Assembly: GCA_041648975.1 (NCBI GenBank)
Contig: JBAZNZ010000004.1
Location: 1,779-65,778 of the forward strand
Source: Candidatus Omnitrophota bacterium
GTDB lineage: Bacteria; Omnitrophota; Gorgyraeia; 2-01-FULL-45-10
Direction: 5' to 3'
Length of the DNA stretch: 64,000 nt
Below, in pieces: positions 53,465-64,000 of this stretch. The position numbers and the translations under genes are program-made. Numbering within the stretch: the stretch's first letter is position 1; every line of letters starts with the position of its first letter. Under the pieces are notes generated by a model. It saw nothing but the letters and a program-made list of their open reading frames with translations. It was not told where the DNA came from and did not search any database.

Positions 53465-54536
53465 ACCTTTCGAGCCTGGGTGTAACGGTCACCTTCTTCA
53501 GATATTTTATCTCGCTCAATACCTTGCCTGTGCCGAGAGCTACCGCGGTCATCGGGTCTTCCGACAGGTGGACGGGGAGCCCCGTCTCTTCCGAAATAAG
53601 CTTATCTATGCCCCTCAAGAGAGAGCCTCCTCCCGCGAGGACTATGCCCTTCTCTATAAGATCCGACGAAAGTTCGGGCGGCGTGCGTTCAAGAGTTATC
53701 CTTACGGCTTCAAGTATCTGCGCTATAGGCTCTGCCATCGCCTCTCTTATCTCTTCGCTGGTTATAGTGACCGTCTTCGGCAATCCCGCGACAAGGTCGC
53801 GTCCCTTGACCTCAAGTTTAAGCTCTTCTTCCAGCGGATATACTGAGCCTATCTTTATCTTTATGTCTTCTGCGGTCCTCTCACCAATCATGAGGTTATA
53901 ATTCTTTTTCATGTAATTTATGATCGCCTCGTCCAGTTCGTCCCCGCCGACCCTCACAGATTTGGAGAAAACAACGCCGGCCAGGGATATGACGGCCATT
54001 TCGGTCGTCCCGCCGCCTATATCTATTATCATATTACCGGACGGGTCCTGTATCGGCAAGCCTACGCCTATAGCCGCGGCCATCGGCTCTTCTATCATGA
54101 AGACTTCTCTTGCGCCCGCATGCAGGGCCGAATCCTTCACCGCCCTCTTTTCCACCTCTGTTATGCCGGAAGGGATCGCTATAACTATCCTTGGACGGAC
54201 GAGAGGTTTCGCCTTATTAACTTTTTTTATAAAATACCGCAGCATCGCCTCTGATATTTCAAAATCCGTTATTACGCCGTGCCGCATAGGCCTGATCGCG
54301 ACTATGTTGCCCGGCGTGCGGCCGAGCATCCTCTTGGCCTCTTCGCCGACGGCAAGGACGTTCGTAGTGCCGGCCTGGACCGCGACGACTGAAGGCTCGC
54401 ATAAAACGATACCCTGGTTTTTTAGATAAACCAGGGTCGTAGCTGTGCCAAGATCGATGCCCATGTCGTTAGCAAACAGGCCAAGAACCTCATTATATAA
54501 TTTCGACGCTGTGCTTATAATATTCTTTATATTCAT
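53463..54536 (-). CDS. mreB: Rod shape-determining actin homolog MreB
   Basis: [13 protein letters not shown]... actin-fold motifs. Confidence 0.95.
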   Translation of the reverse strand: MNIKNIISTASKLYNEVLGLFANDMGIDLGTATTLVYLKNQGIVLCEPSVVAVQAGTTNVLAVGEEAKRMLGRTPGNIVAIRPMRHGVITDFEISEAMLRYFIKKVNKAKPLVRPRIVIAIPSGITEVEKRAVKDSALHAGAREVFMIEEPMAAAIGVGLPIQDPSGNMIIDIGGGTTEMAVISLAGVVFSKSVRVGGDELDEAIINYMKKNYNLMIGERTAEDIKIKIGSVYPLEEELKLEVKGRDLVAGLPKTVTITSEEIREAMAEPIAQILEAVRITLERTPPELSSDLIEKGIVLAGGGSLLRGIDKLISEETGLPVHLSEDPMTAVALGTGKVLSEIKYLKKVTVTPRLER

Positions 54537-54555
54537 ATTATCTCTCTGTTAGGCG

Positions 54556-54584
54556 ATATTAACAAAAAAACAACATATTGTCAA
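54556..54584 (-). promoter_or_regulatory. Consensus promoter upstream of mreB (TTGACA-17-TAATAT), short leader
   Basis: Minus strand reads TTGACAatatgttgtttttttgtTAATATcgcctaacagagagataatATG. Confidence 0.45.
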
Positions 54585-54598
54585 ATAGAAACTGCGCC

Positions 54599-55870
54599 CT
54601 ATTTTTTTATCTTCTCCAGCATCCCGAAGAAATCCGGAAAGGATTTACTGACGCATGCGGTATCATCGATAACGCTTGAGCCCTTGGCGGCCAGCGCGGC
54701 TATTGCCATTGCCATGCAGGTCCTGTGGTCCCCGAAACTGCGTAGTCCCGCGCCTTTAAGCTCTTCAACGCCGTCAATGACGACGTCGGTCCCTTCGACC
54801 GTTATCCTCGCGCCCATAGCCCTGAGGTTCTCCGTCATAGACTTTATCCTGTCGGTCTCTTTGACCCTCAATTCGCCGGCGCCTTTTACAACTGTCCTAC
54901 CGCTTGAGAGAGACGCAAGCACGAATATTACAGGGAGTTCATCTATGATGCCGGGTATTGTTTCTTCTTCTATTATTATGCCTCTGGTCCGGCTATACTC
55001 TGCCTCAATGTCTCCCACGGGCTCGAAAGATCCTTTCTTATCAGATATCACGACCTTTGCGTCCATCTTTTCCAATATATCGAGTATCCCCGCCCTGGCA
55101 GGGTTTACGTTTACATTAAGTATCTTGACTCTTGAACCTTTTAACAGCATCGCGCCGGCTATAAAAAAGCTGGCGCTCGAGATATCGCCGGGGATCTCCA
55201 GAAACTTTCCGCTGAGGGCATGTCCGCCTTCCAGCGAAACATTGGTTCCTTCGGTTTTAACAACCGCGCCGAAATATTTCAACATTCTTTCGGTATGGTC
55301 CCGGGATGCGAACTTCTCGCTCACCGTAGTTACACCGTCGGCGTAAAGCGCGGCTAAAAGAATGGCGGATTTAATCTGCGCGCTCGGCACAGGAAGAAGA
55401 TAGTCGACAGGCATTACGACGCCGCCCCTTATCGTCAGCGGCGCATACCCTCCGGGGCCGGTCTTTATGTTCACCCCCATCATCGATAGAGGCTCGACGA
55501 CCCTGCCCATAGGCCTCTTCGATAACGACGGATCGCCTTTAAGAACGGTATCGAAATCCTGCCCTGCCAGTATCCCGGCAAGAAGTCTCATGGTCGTCCC
55601 GGACTCACCGACATCTATAGGCCCTCTGGGCTTCTTCAGCCCTTTCAGGCCTTTTCCTTCTATCGTCGTTCGGCCGCCTTCTTTCGATATGGCTATCCCC
55701 ATATCTTTGAACGCCCTGATAGTGTAGTTGCAATCGTCGCAATCCAAAAGGCCTTTTATCTCTGTCGTGCCGACGGCTATCGAACCGAGCATAACCGCCC
55801 TGTGCGATATGGATTTATCTCCGGGCATCTCTATGCTGCCCGATAGTTTTTGTACGGGTTCTATCTTCAT
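54599..55870 (-). CDS. aroA: 3-phosphoshikimate 1-carboxyvinyltransferase (EPSP synthase)
   Basis: PGDKSISHRAVML EPSP synthase motif. Confidence 0.95.
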   Translation of the reverse strand: MKIEPVQKLSGSIEMPGDKSISHRAVMLGSIAVGTTEIKGLLDCDDCNYTIRAFKDMGIAISKEGGRTTIEGKGLKGLKKPRGPIDVGESGTTMRLLAGILAGQDFDTVLKGDPSLSKRPMGRVVEPLSMMGVNIKTGPGGYAPLTIRGGVVMPVDYLLPVPSAQIKSAILLAALYADGVTTVSEKFASRDHTERMLKYFGAVVKTEGTNVSLEGGHALSGKFLEIPGDISSASFFIAGAMLLKGSRVKILNVNVNPARAGILDILEKMDAKVVISDKKGSFEPVGDIEAEYSRTRGIIIEEETIPGIIDELPVIFVLASLSSGRTVVKGAGELRVKETDRIKSMTENLRAMGARITVEGTDVVIDGVEELKGAGLRSFGDHRTCMAMAIAALAAKGSSVIDDTACVSKSFPDFFGMLEKIKK

Positions 55871-55892
55871 TTATTCCCCGCTGTATCTACGC

Positions 55893-55986
55893 CGTAATTA
55901 AGCGATTCTATGATCAAACCGACTTTGGCGATTAAGTGATTAAGTCTTACTTAATCACTTAATAACTTAATCGCTTAATCACTTAC
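55893..55986. repeat. Palindromic GATTAAG/CTTAATC array between aroA and rluD
   Basis: cgtaattaagcgatt ... gcgattaag tgattaag tc ttac ttaatca cttaata acttaatc gcttaatc acttac. Confidence 0.85.
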
Positions 55987-56006
55987 ATGTTGCCATACTG
56001 ATAATA

Positions 56007-56918
56007 TCACAAATGCCCCCTTGATATCAATTCCTTCATATCGTCGGGCAACTCGCTGGTGAATTCCATATGTTTCGATGTAGCGGGATGAGTGAAGCCG
56101 AGAGTCTTGGCGTGCAGCGCCGGGCGGAAAAGCTTTCCTTTGGTCCCGTACTTCTCGTCGCCCAATATAGGGTGGCCTATGTATGCCATATGCACTCTTA
56201 TCTGGTGTGTTCGGCCTGTGCCTAGAGTGACTTCCATCACGGTGAAATCCTCGAATCTTTTCAGGACCTTGTACCTGGTTATCGCTTCCCTGCTGTCCAC
56301 AAAATTGACCGCCATCTTCTTCCAGTCCCTCGGGCTCCTCCCTATCGGAAGCTCTATGATATCGTTATCCAGCTGGACGACGCCTTTGACAAGCGCTATA
56401 TATACCCTGCTTGCCGCCTTGGCCTTGAACTGCTTCGACAGGCTCCTATGCGCGCGGTCGTTCTTTGCCACTACCAGTAGCCCCGAAACATCCTTGTCTA
56501 TCCTGTGAACTATCCCCGGCCTGAAAGCTCCGCCCTCCCCTGAAAGATTTTTACAATAGCCGAGGAGGGCATTGACGAGCGTGCCGCTGTAATTGCCGGG
56601 CGCGGGATGGACTACAAGGCCTGAGGGCTTATTCACGACGAGGAGGTCTTCGTCTTCATAAACGATGTCAATGGGTATGTCTTCGGCCGATATCAGGGAG
56701 ACTTTCTGCTCGGGTATTGTAATTTCTATAGATTGGCCGGCCTTCATCTTGAAGTGGCTTTTTGCGCTCTCTCCGTCGAGCAGGACATGCCCTCCCGCAA
56801 TAAGCTTCTGCAGGAAGGCCCGTGAAAACGTTTTGGGAAGTTTCTCTACAAGAAACTTATCCATCCGTTTCCCTTTGTCTTCCAAATTTACTTTGAGGCT
56901 GATCTCTTCTTCTGCCAC
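56007..56918 (-). CDS. rluD: RluA-family 23S rRNA pseudouridine synthase (RluD-like) with S4 domain
   Basis: S4 domain (RMDKFLVEKL) and catalytic HRIDKDVSGLLVVAKN. Confidence 0.85.
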   Translation of the reverse strand: MAEEEISLKVNLEDKGKRMDKFLVEKLPKTFSRAFLQKLIAGGHVLLDGESAKSHFKMKAGQSIEITIPEQKVSLISAEDIPIDIVYEDEDLLVVNKPSGLVVHPAPGNYSGTLVNALLGYCKNLSGEGGAFRPGIVHRIDKDVSGLLVVAKNDRAHRSLSKQFKAKAASRVYIALVKGVVQLDNDIIELPIGRSPRDWKKMAVNFVDSREAITRYKVLKRFEDFTVMEVTLGTGRTHQIRVHMAYIGHPILGDEKYGTKGKLFRPALHAKTLGFTHPATSKHMEFTSELPDDMKELISRGHL

Positions 56919-57652
56919 TCTATCCCCTTATATATGAACAAAAGGAGTGATAACGCGAATATAAGAACACTTATGCCCTGTGATATGGTGAGCCCAAATA
57001 CTATCCTGGGATTATCGCCGCGGTAAAATTCCATGGCAAATCTCTTCGCGGAATAAAGAAGACAATAGGCAAGGAATATCTCTCCCGTAAGGTGTTTTGT
57101 ATCCTGCCATAACCTTAGAACGACGAAGATGAGAAACAAGACGAGCGCTGAATAGAGTTGCGACGGTTGCCGTAAAGCAACCTCAGCGGGAAAACATATG
57201 GCGAAAGGATTGGCCGCGGATGTTATCGCCCCGTAACAACAGCCGTTCAGGAAACATCCTATCCTCCCGAATGATTGCGCAAGGGCAAGGTACGGAGCTA
57301 ACAGGTCTGCGACCGCCCAGAAATCCAGCGACTTTCGCGCAATATACACAATCAAGGCAGCAAGCGAAGCGATAAACCCGCCGTACCAGACCAGGCCGCC
57401 CTTTGACAGGTTGAGCATCTCTAACGGATCGGCCATGTAGTATTTATAGTTCAGTAATATGTAAAATACGCGCGCTCCGATTATGCCGGACACCAGTATC
57501 AGGATGGCAAGGTCCATCACCTTGTCCCTATCGATCCCGAAGCTGGGGGCGCGTCTGTAGACAAGTAAAGCGGCCAGGCCGAAACCTAGAGCAACCATAA
57601 CGCCGTAGGAGTAGATAGTGATTGAGCCGAATTGCAGGATAATGGGATGCAT
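56888..57652 (-). CDS. lgt: Prolipoprotein diacylglyceryl transferase
   Basis: Lgt signature and polytopic profile. Confidence 0.9.
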   Translation of the reverse strand: MHPIILQFGSITIYSYGVMVALGFGLAALLVYRRAPSFGIDRDKVMDLAILILVSGIIGARVFYILLNYKYYMADPLEMLNLSKGGLVWYGGFIASLAALIVYIARKSLDFWAVADLLAPYLALAQSFGRIGCFLNGCCYGAITSAANPFAICFPAEVALRQPSQLYSALVLFLIFVVLRLWQDTKHLTGEIFLAYCLLYSAKRFAMEFYRGDNPRIVFGLTISQGISVLIFALSLLLFIYKGIEWQKKRSASK

Positions 57653-57658
57653 GAGAAG

Positions 57659-58105
57659 TTAGACGACCTTACCTTTAGTCTTATGAGTAAACAGCTTTAT
57701 CATCAATATCGCCGCCCCTATAGTTATAGCGGAATCAGCGATGTTAAAGACCGGCCAGATCCTGAAATCGAGAAAATCTGTTACGTGGCCGTACCATGCC
57801 CTGTCGACCAGGTTCCCAGCGGCGCCGCCGAGGATGAGCCCCAGCGCAAGAGATAATAATGCGTCCATGGACCGGTTTTTTATTGTATACACTACGATGA
57901 ATACGATAACGACGATAGAAAATACGGCAAATAACGCGGCCTGCCCCTTAAACAGGCCGAAAGCTGTGCCGTCATTCAAGACAAGGGTAAAATGGAAGAT
58001 CCCGGGCAATACTTTGACTGACTGGCCCTCTGCCAGATATGTCAGCGCTATAAATTTAGCCAGCCTGTCTAACGCCAATATGGCTAAGGCCGTCAAAAAT
58101 GTCAT
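57659..58105 (-). CDS. lspA: Lipoprotein signal peptidase II
   Basis: LspA family motifs (NxGxAFG-like NDGTAFGLF, FNIADSAI). Confidence 0.9.
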   Translation of the reverse strand: MTFLTALAILALDRLAKFIALTYLAEGQSVKVLPGIFHFTLVLNDGTAFGLFKGQAALFAVFSIVVIVFIVVYTIKNRSMDALLSLALGLILGGAAGNLVDRAWYGHVTDFLDFRIWPVFNIADSAITIGAAILMIKLFTHKTKGKVV

Positions 58106-58575
58106 TTGCCCTCATTGGATTTTTTACACTCTATGCATAATTCGGTATAAGGCAGGGCCTTCAAGCGCTTTTTCGCTATGGGCTTGTTGCATTGAAGGCA
58201 GTTCCCGTAAGTCCCGTCTTTTACGCGTTTCAAAGCCTCATCGATAAAGTAGAGCATCTTCTGCTCCTCAGTGGCGCGGTTAAGGGAAAAATCGCGTTCG
58301 TAGTCATCGCTTGCCATGTCGGCCATATGGAACGAATAACCGGAGAGATCGCCGGAGGCGTCGCGCTGGGACTTATTCAGTGTATTCTCCGCTATGTGCG
58401 ACAGCTCTCCTCCTACCTTGTTCCGCTCCGCTATGAGTAATGTTTCAAAAATTTTTAGCTCGGCTTTCGGCATCCTTTTGAGCTTCACAGCCTTTGGGCG
58501 AGCCGTTCTTTTTTTTCCCGCGGCCTTGATCTTTTTTATCCTTTTGATCTTTCGAGCTTTTTTAACTTTTGCCAT
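58102..58575 (-). CDS. DksA/TraR-family C4 zinc-finger protein with Lys-rich N-terminal tail
   Basis: C-terminal CLQCNKPI...CIECK zinc finger after a coiled-coil region. Between ileS and lspA. Confidence 0.7.
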   Translation of the reverse strand: MAKVKKARKIKRIKKIKAAGKKRTARPKAVKLKRMPKAELKIFETLLIAERNKVGGELSHIAENTLNKSQRDASGDLSGYSFHMADMASDDYERDFSLNRATEEQKMLYFIDEALKRVKDGTYGNCLQCNKPIAKKRLKALPYTELCIECKKSNEGK

Positions 58576-58590
58576 TTCCTTCTCCTTAAG

Positions 58591-61410
<2,820 letters not shown>

Positions 61411-61413
61411 TTT

Positions 61414-62289
61414 TTAGTTTATGTACTTTCCTATGATAAGGTTAAGCTGTTTCTTCGTCTTCGCCGGGATCGCGCCGGGCCTCGTTATTATCGAATCCTT
61501 GAGAGCCGAGCCGCACTGGCAAGGCCTATTACCTTTAAGCGCCGGTATTACTTTCTTCAATATATTCTTCGATGTCTCCACATTCTTACACAGGTTCTGT
61601 ATTATCATCTCCACCGAAACCGTTTCCCCTGATTCGTCGGAATGCCAGCAGTCGTAATCCGTGACGCAGGCAAGAGTCGCGTAACAGATCTCGGCTTCCC
61701 TGGAAAGCTTTGCTTCGGCAAGATTCGTCATACCTATGATATCCATCCCCCACGACCTGTAAAGTCTCGACTCGGCCTTGGTGGAAAATTGGGGCCCTTC
61801 CATGTTCACGTAGGCGCCTCCCATATGCATCGACGCTCCCAGAGAGCATCCGGCGTCATAAAGGGCCTTCGACAGATGCGGGCAGACCGGGTCGGCAAAC
61901 TGTATGTGCGCGACGACACCGTCGCCGAAAAAAGTCATTCGCCTTCCGCAATTCGTCCTATCGACGAACTGGTCGGGCACGACTATATGGAGAGGCTTAA
62001 GCTCCATCTTCAGGCTCCCGCACGCCGATACCGATATGATGCGCTCAACGCCCAGCTTCTTCATCCCGTAGATATTTGCCCGGTAATTTATTTCGCCCGG
62101 TAATACGTTATGGCCTTCACCGTGGCGCGCCAGAAAAACTACCTCTGCCCCTTCGAACGAGCCTGTAACGAAATCGTCGGATGTTTCTCCGAACGGCGTT
62201 TCGACTTTGACCTTCTTGACTTCCTTTACGCCTTCTATATTATAAAAACCGCTTCCGCCGATAATTCCGATCTTTCCGCTCATGATCAC
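61414..62289 (-). CDS. mtnP: S-methyl-5-thioadenosine phosphorylase
   Basis: KIGIIGGSG...PNP/MTAP fold motifs. GTG start (ATG two codons downstream is an alternative). Confidence 0.85.
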   Translation of the reverse strand: MIMSGKIGIIGGSGFYNIEGVKEVKKVKVETPFGETSDDFVTGSFEGAEVVFLARHGEGHNVLPGEINYRANIYGMKKLGVERIISVSACGSLKMELKPLHIVVPDQFVDRTNCGRRMTFFGDGVVAHIQFADPVCPHLSKALYDAGCSLGASMHMGGAYVNMEGPQFSTKAESRLYRSWGMDIIGMTNLAEAKLSREAEICYATLACVTDYDCWHSDESGETVSVEMIIQNLCKNVETSKNILKKVIPALKGNRPCQCGSALKDSIITRPGAIPAKTKKQLNLIIGKYIN

Positions 62290-62307
62290 CTCTTATAAAT
62301 GGAGGTT

Positions 62308-62410
62308 CCGTAAGGTTAGCGAAAGTTAATTAATGTTACGTAAGGTTACATCTCTAACTATATTTAACCTTACGTAACCTTCTCTAACTTTACGTAACAT
62401 TACGTAACCT
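62308..62410. repeat. Palindromic 10-bp-period array (4 GTTA-type units + 6 TAAC-type units) with no gene at its centre, between mtnP and yggT
   Basis: ccgtaaggtta|gcgaaagtta|attaatgtta|cgtaaggtta|c atct ctaac|tatatttaac|cttacgtaac|cttctctaac|tttacgtaac|attacgtaac. Confidence 0.85.
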
Positions 62411-62416
62411 CATTAC

Positions 62417-62755
62417 TTACCCCAACCTCACCGCGATACCAAACAGCGTCCTTATCAAGAATAACTTCAGGAACCAGATAAATATCAGAGCGAATATAGG
62501 CGAGATATCAAGACCTATAGAATAGGCCGGTATGATCCTCCTGAACGGCGCCAGAAGCGGCTCGGTAGTCTTGGTCAGGAATTGGACTATTACGTTATAC
62601 GGGTCAGGGTTGACCCAGCTTATCAATGCCCTTATGATTATCAGCCAGTTAGCTATAGTCAGTATGTAATCTAATATGGTAGTCACGGCAAATAAAAGGT
62701 TACCGACAGCGAACATATACATCACCTCCTGGATAGCTCTTTGGAGCGCTTGCAT
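62417..62755 (-). CDS. yggT: YggT-family membrane protein
   Basis: YggT pattern (LLxxLLxxYxxLIIIRALLSW). Annotated start overlaps proC by 34 nt; the real start is probably the internal Met (MYMF). Confidence 0.7.
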   Translation of the reverse strand: MQALQRAIQEVMYMFAVGNLLFAVTTILDYILTIANWLIIIRALISWVNPDPYNVIVQFLTKTTEPLLAPFRRIIPAYSIGLDISPIFALIFIWFLKLFLIRTLFGIAVRLG

Positions 62756-63534
62756 GCTTTCTTCAGAGCGTCTTTAACTGTGTTTTTTAACTTCTTTGCG
62801 TCGAATACCGATAATGCCGCTTCCGTAGTGCCGCCTTTCGACGTCACCTTTTTCCTCAGGACAGCGGGGTCCTCATCCAGTATTTCAAGAAGCTTCGAAC
62901 TGCCGCGCGCGGTCTGCAGTACAAGTTCCCGGGCCATATCCCTATCCAGGCCTAAGTCGCGGGCTCCCTCGATCATGGCCTCAATAAGATAGAAGAAATA
63001 CGCGGGCCCGCTGCCGCTAACAGCCGTTATCGCGTCAACCATCTTCTCATCGACCTCGATGACCTTCCCGACCGTAGAAAATATCTGCTTCGCCGTCTCG
63101 GCGTGCTCGTTCCCGGCGGCGCTGCCCCGGCTTATGCTCGATATCGCCTCGCCTACCGTCGCGGCCATATTCGGCATGACCCTTATCACAGGGACGTCTG
63201 CGCCCACGACCTTCTCTATGTGCCTGGTCGCTATACCGGCTACTATCGATATCAAAAGCTTTTTTTTCGATACGCCGCAACAGATCTCCTTGCTGAGGAC
63301 CTCGTCAAGGTCCTTTGGCTTGACAGCCAGGATAATGACATCGGAAAATTTGACCACAACGTTATTGTCTATCTCCACGATCATCCTATACTTAGTCTGG
63401 ATATAGTCCCTTCGCGCGGCGTCCATCTCGCTGACCATTATAGAAGTGCTCTTTTCCATGATCTCGGATAAACGTCTCAGGAGCGCCTCACCCATGTTCC
63501 CGCAGCCTATTATCCCGATTTTTTTAGTCATCAT
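62722..63534 (-). CDS. proC: Pyrroline-5-carboxylate reductase
   Basis: IGIIGCGNMGEAL Rossmann N-terminus; ProC dimerisation domain. Confidence 0.9.
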   Translation of the reverse strand: MMTKKIGIIGCGNMGEALLRRLSEIMEKSTSIMVSEMDAARRDYIQTKYRMIVEIDNNVVVKFSDVIILAVKPKDLDEVLSKEICCGVSKKKLLISIVAGIATRHIEKVVGADVPVIRVMPNMAATVGEAISSISRGSAAGNEHAETAKQIFSTVGKVIEVDEKMVDAITAVSGSGPAYFFYLIEAMIEGARDLGLDRDMARELVLQTARGSSKLLEILDEDPAVLRKKVTSKGGTTEAALSVFDAKKLKNTVKDALKKACKRSKELSRR

Positions 63535-63552
63535 GTAAATACCTGTCTCTTT

Positions 63553-63616
63553 TAAGTCAGCGATTAAGTATTAATTTTTATCACTTAATCGCTTAATTGC
63601 TTAATCACTTAATCAC
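63553..63616. repeat. Palindromic GATTAAG/CTTAATC array between proC and yggS
   Basis: gcgattaag tattaa ttttta tcacttaatc gcttaat tgcttaatc acttaatc ac. Confidence 0.8.
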
Positions 63617-63627
63617 AAAACTACGCC

Positions 63628-64000
63628 TCACTCCCCAAAAATCGCCCTTCCTATCCTAACCATTGTCGACCCCTCTTCTATGGCAACCTCGAAGTCATTG
63701 GTCATGCCCATGGATAATAGCTGTAAGCTGTAAGCTGTAAGCTGTAAGTTATTGATTTGGTCGAGCAACTGCTTGAGAGCGCGAAAATAAGGTCTTGCCT
63801 TCTCAGGATCGTCCGAATCCGGCGCTATTGTCATAAAACCTCTAACATTTATATTAGGATATAATAATAGAGTTTTAAAAAACTCTATTGTATCCTCAGG
63901 CCTTATCCCGAATTTCGTTCCTTCGCCCGACACATTAACCTGTATCAATATATCCTGGACCTTGTCCAGCTTAGACGCCTCTTTGTCTATTTCCTGGGCG
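63628..64000 (-). CDS. yggS: YggS-family PLP homeostasis protein, C-terminal part (N-terminus beyond the window end)
   Basis: ...ILIQVNVSGE...LSMGMTNDFEVAIEEGSTMVRIGRAIFG matches the YggS C-terminus. Frame stays open to position 64000. Confidence 0.8.
   Translation of the reverse strand, partial: AQEIDKEASKLDKVQDILIQVNVSGEGTKFGIRPEDTIEFFKTLLLYPNINVRGFMTIAPDSDDPEKARPYFRALKQLLDQINNLQLTAYSLQLLSMGMTNDFEVAIEEGSTMVRIGRAIFGE
63721..63748. repeat. Perfect (CTGTAAG)x4 heptamer tandem repeat inside the yggS coding sequence
   Basis: ctgtaagctgtaagctgtaagctgtaag, which encodes LQLTAYSLQL on the minus strand in place of the usual short G-L-x-L-D linker. Confidence 0.9.

Noticed and set aside
54556-54584. 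Consensus promoter immediately upstream of mreB inside an apparent operon
   Set aside because: Not rejected as a promoter (kept as a feature at 0.45). It leaves only about a 12-nt leader, so it could be a chance match in an AT-rich spacer. Not treated as a finding.
62722-62755. 34-nt overlap between yggT and proC
   Set aside because: Probably an artefact of taking the most upstream ATG for yggT. The internal Met (MYMF...) would give a normal 4-nt overlap; not evidence of unusual coupling.

Overview
This 64 kb window has about 50% GC and is almost entirely coding. Every credible gene (about 66) lies on the minus strand. Most of the content is conserved housekeeping synteny: larC/larB, tsaD, gatCAB, rsmA-pdxA-surA, mfd-like, argS, rsfS, nadD, proAB-obg-rpmA-rplU, rng, mreBCD-mrdA-rodA, aroA, rluD-lgt-lspA-dksA-like-ileS, mtnP, yggT, proC and yggS. 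A complete type IV pilus locus (pilMNOPQ, minor pilins, two pilin paralogs, pilC, two tandem pilB ATPases, a stand-alone MshEN-like domain protein, pilT, a degenerate GGDEF protein) sits between a TIGR03960-like radical SAM gene and the DUF2344 gene it is normally linked to. No rRNA, tRNA or CRISPR array was found. Two things stand out as non-core. First, a lineage-specific set of short-period (7 bp or 10 bp) palindromic repeat arrays in operon spacers; two of them carry four-helix-bundle (Avd / 23S-rRNA-IVS family) genes exactly at their centre, and several others look like empty versions of the same sites. Second, an AT-rich DUF3800-type gene between the radical SAM gene and rodA, bracketed by nested inverted repeats, which is a candidate cargo or invertible element. 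Other notable items are a bactofilin-HTH fusion beside a tail-anchored HTH protein, a minimal Mfd, an N-terminally shortened L27, a heptamer repeat tract inside yggS, and palindromic operator-like sites upstream of gatCAB. Coordinates of non-ORF features are hand-counted and may be off by 1-2 nt.
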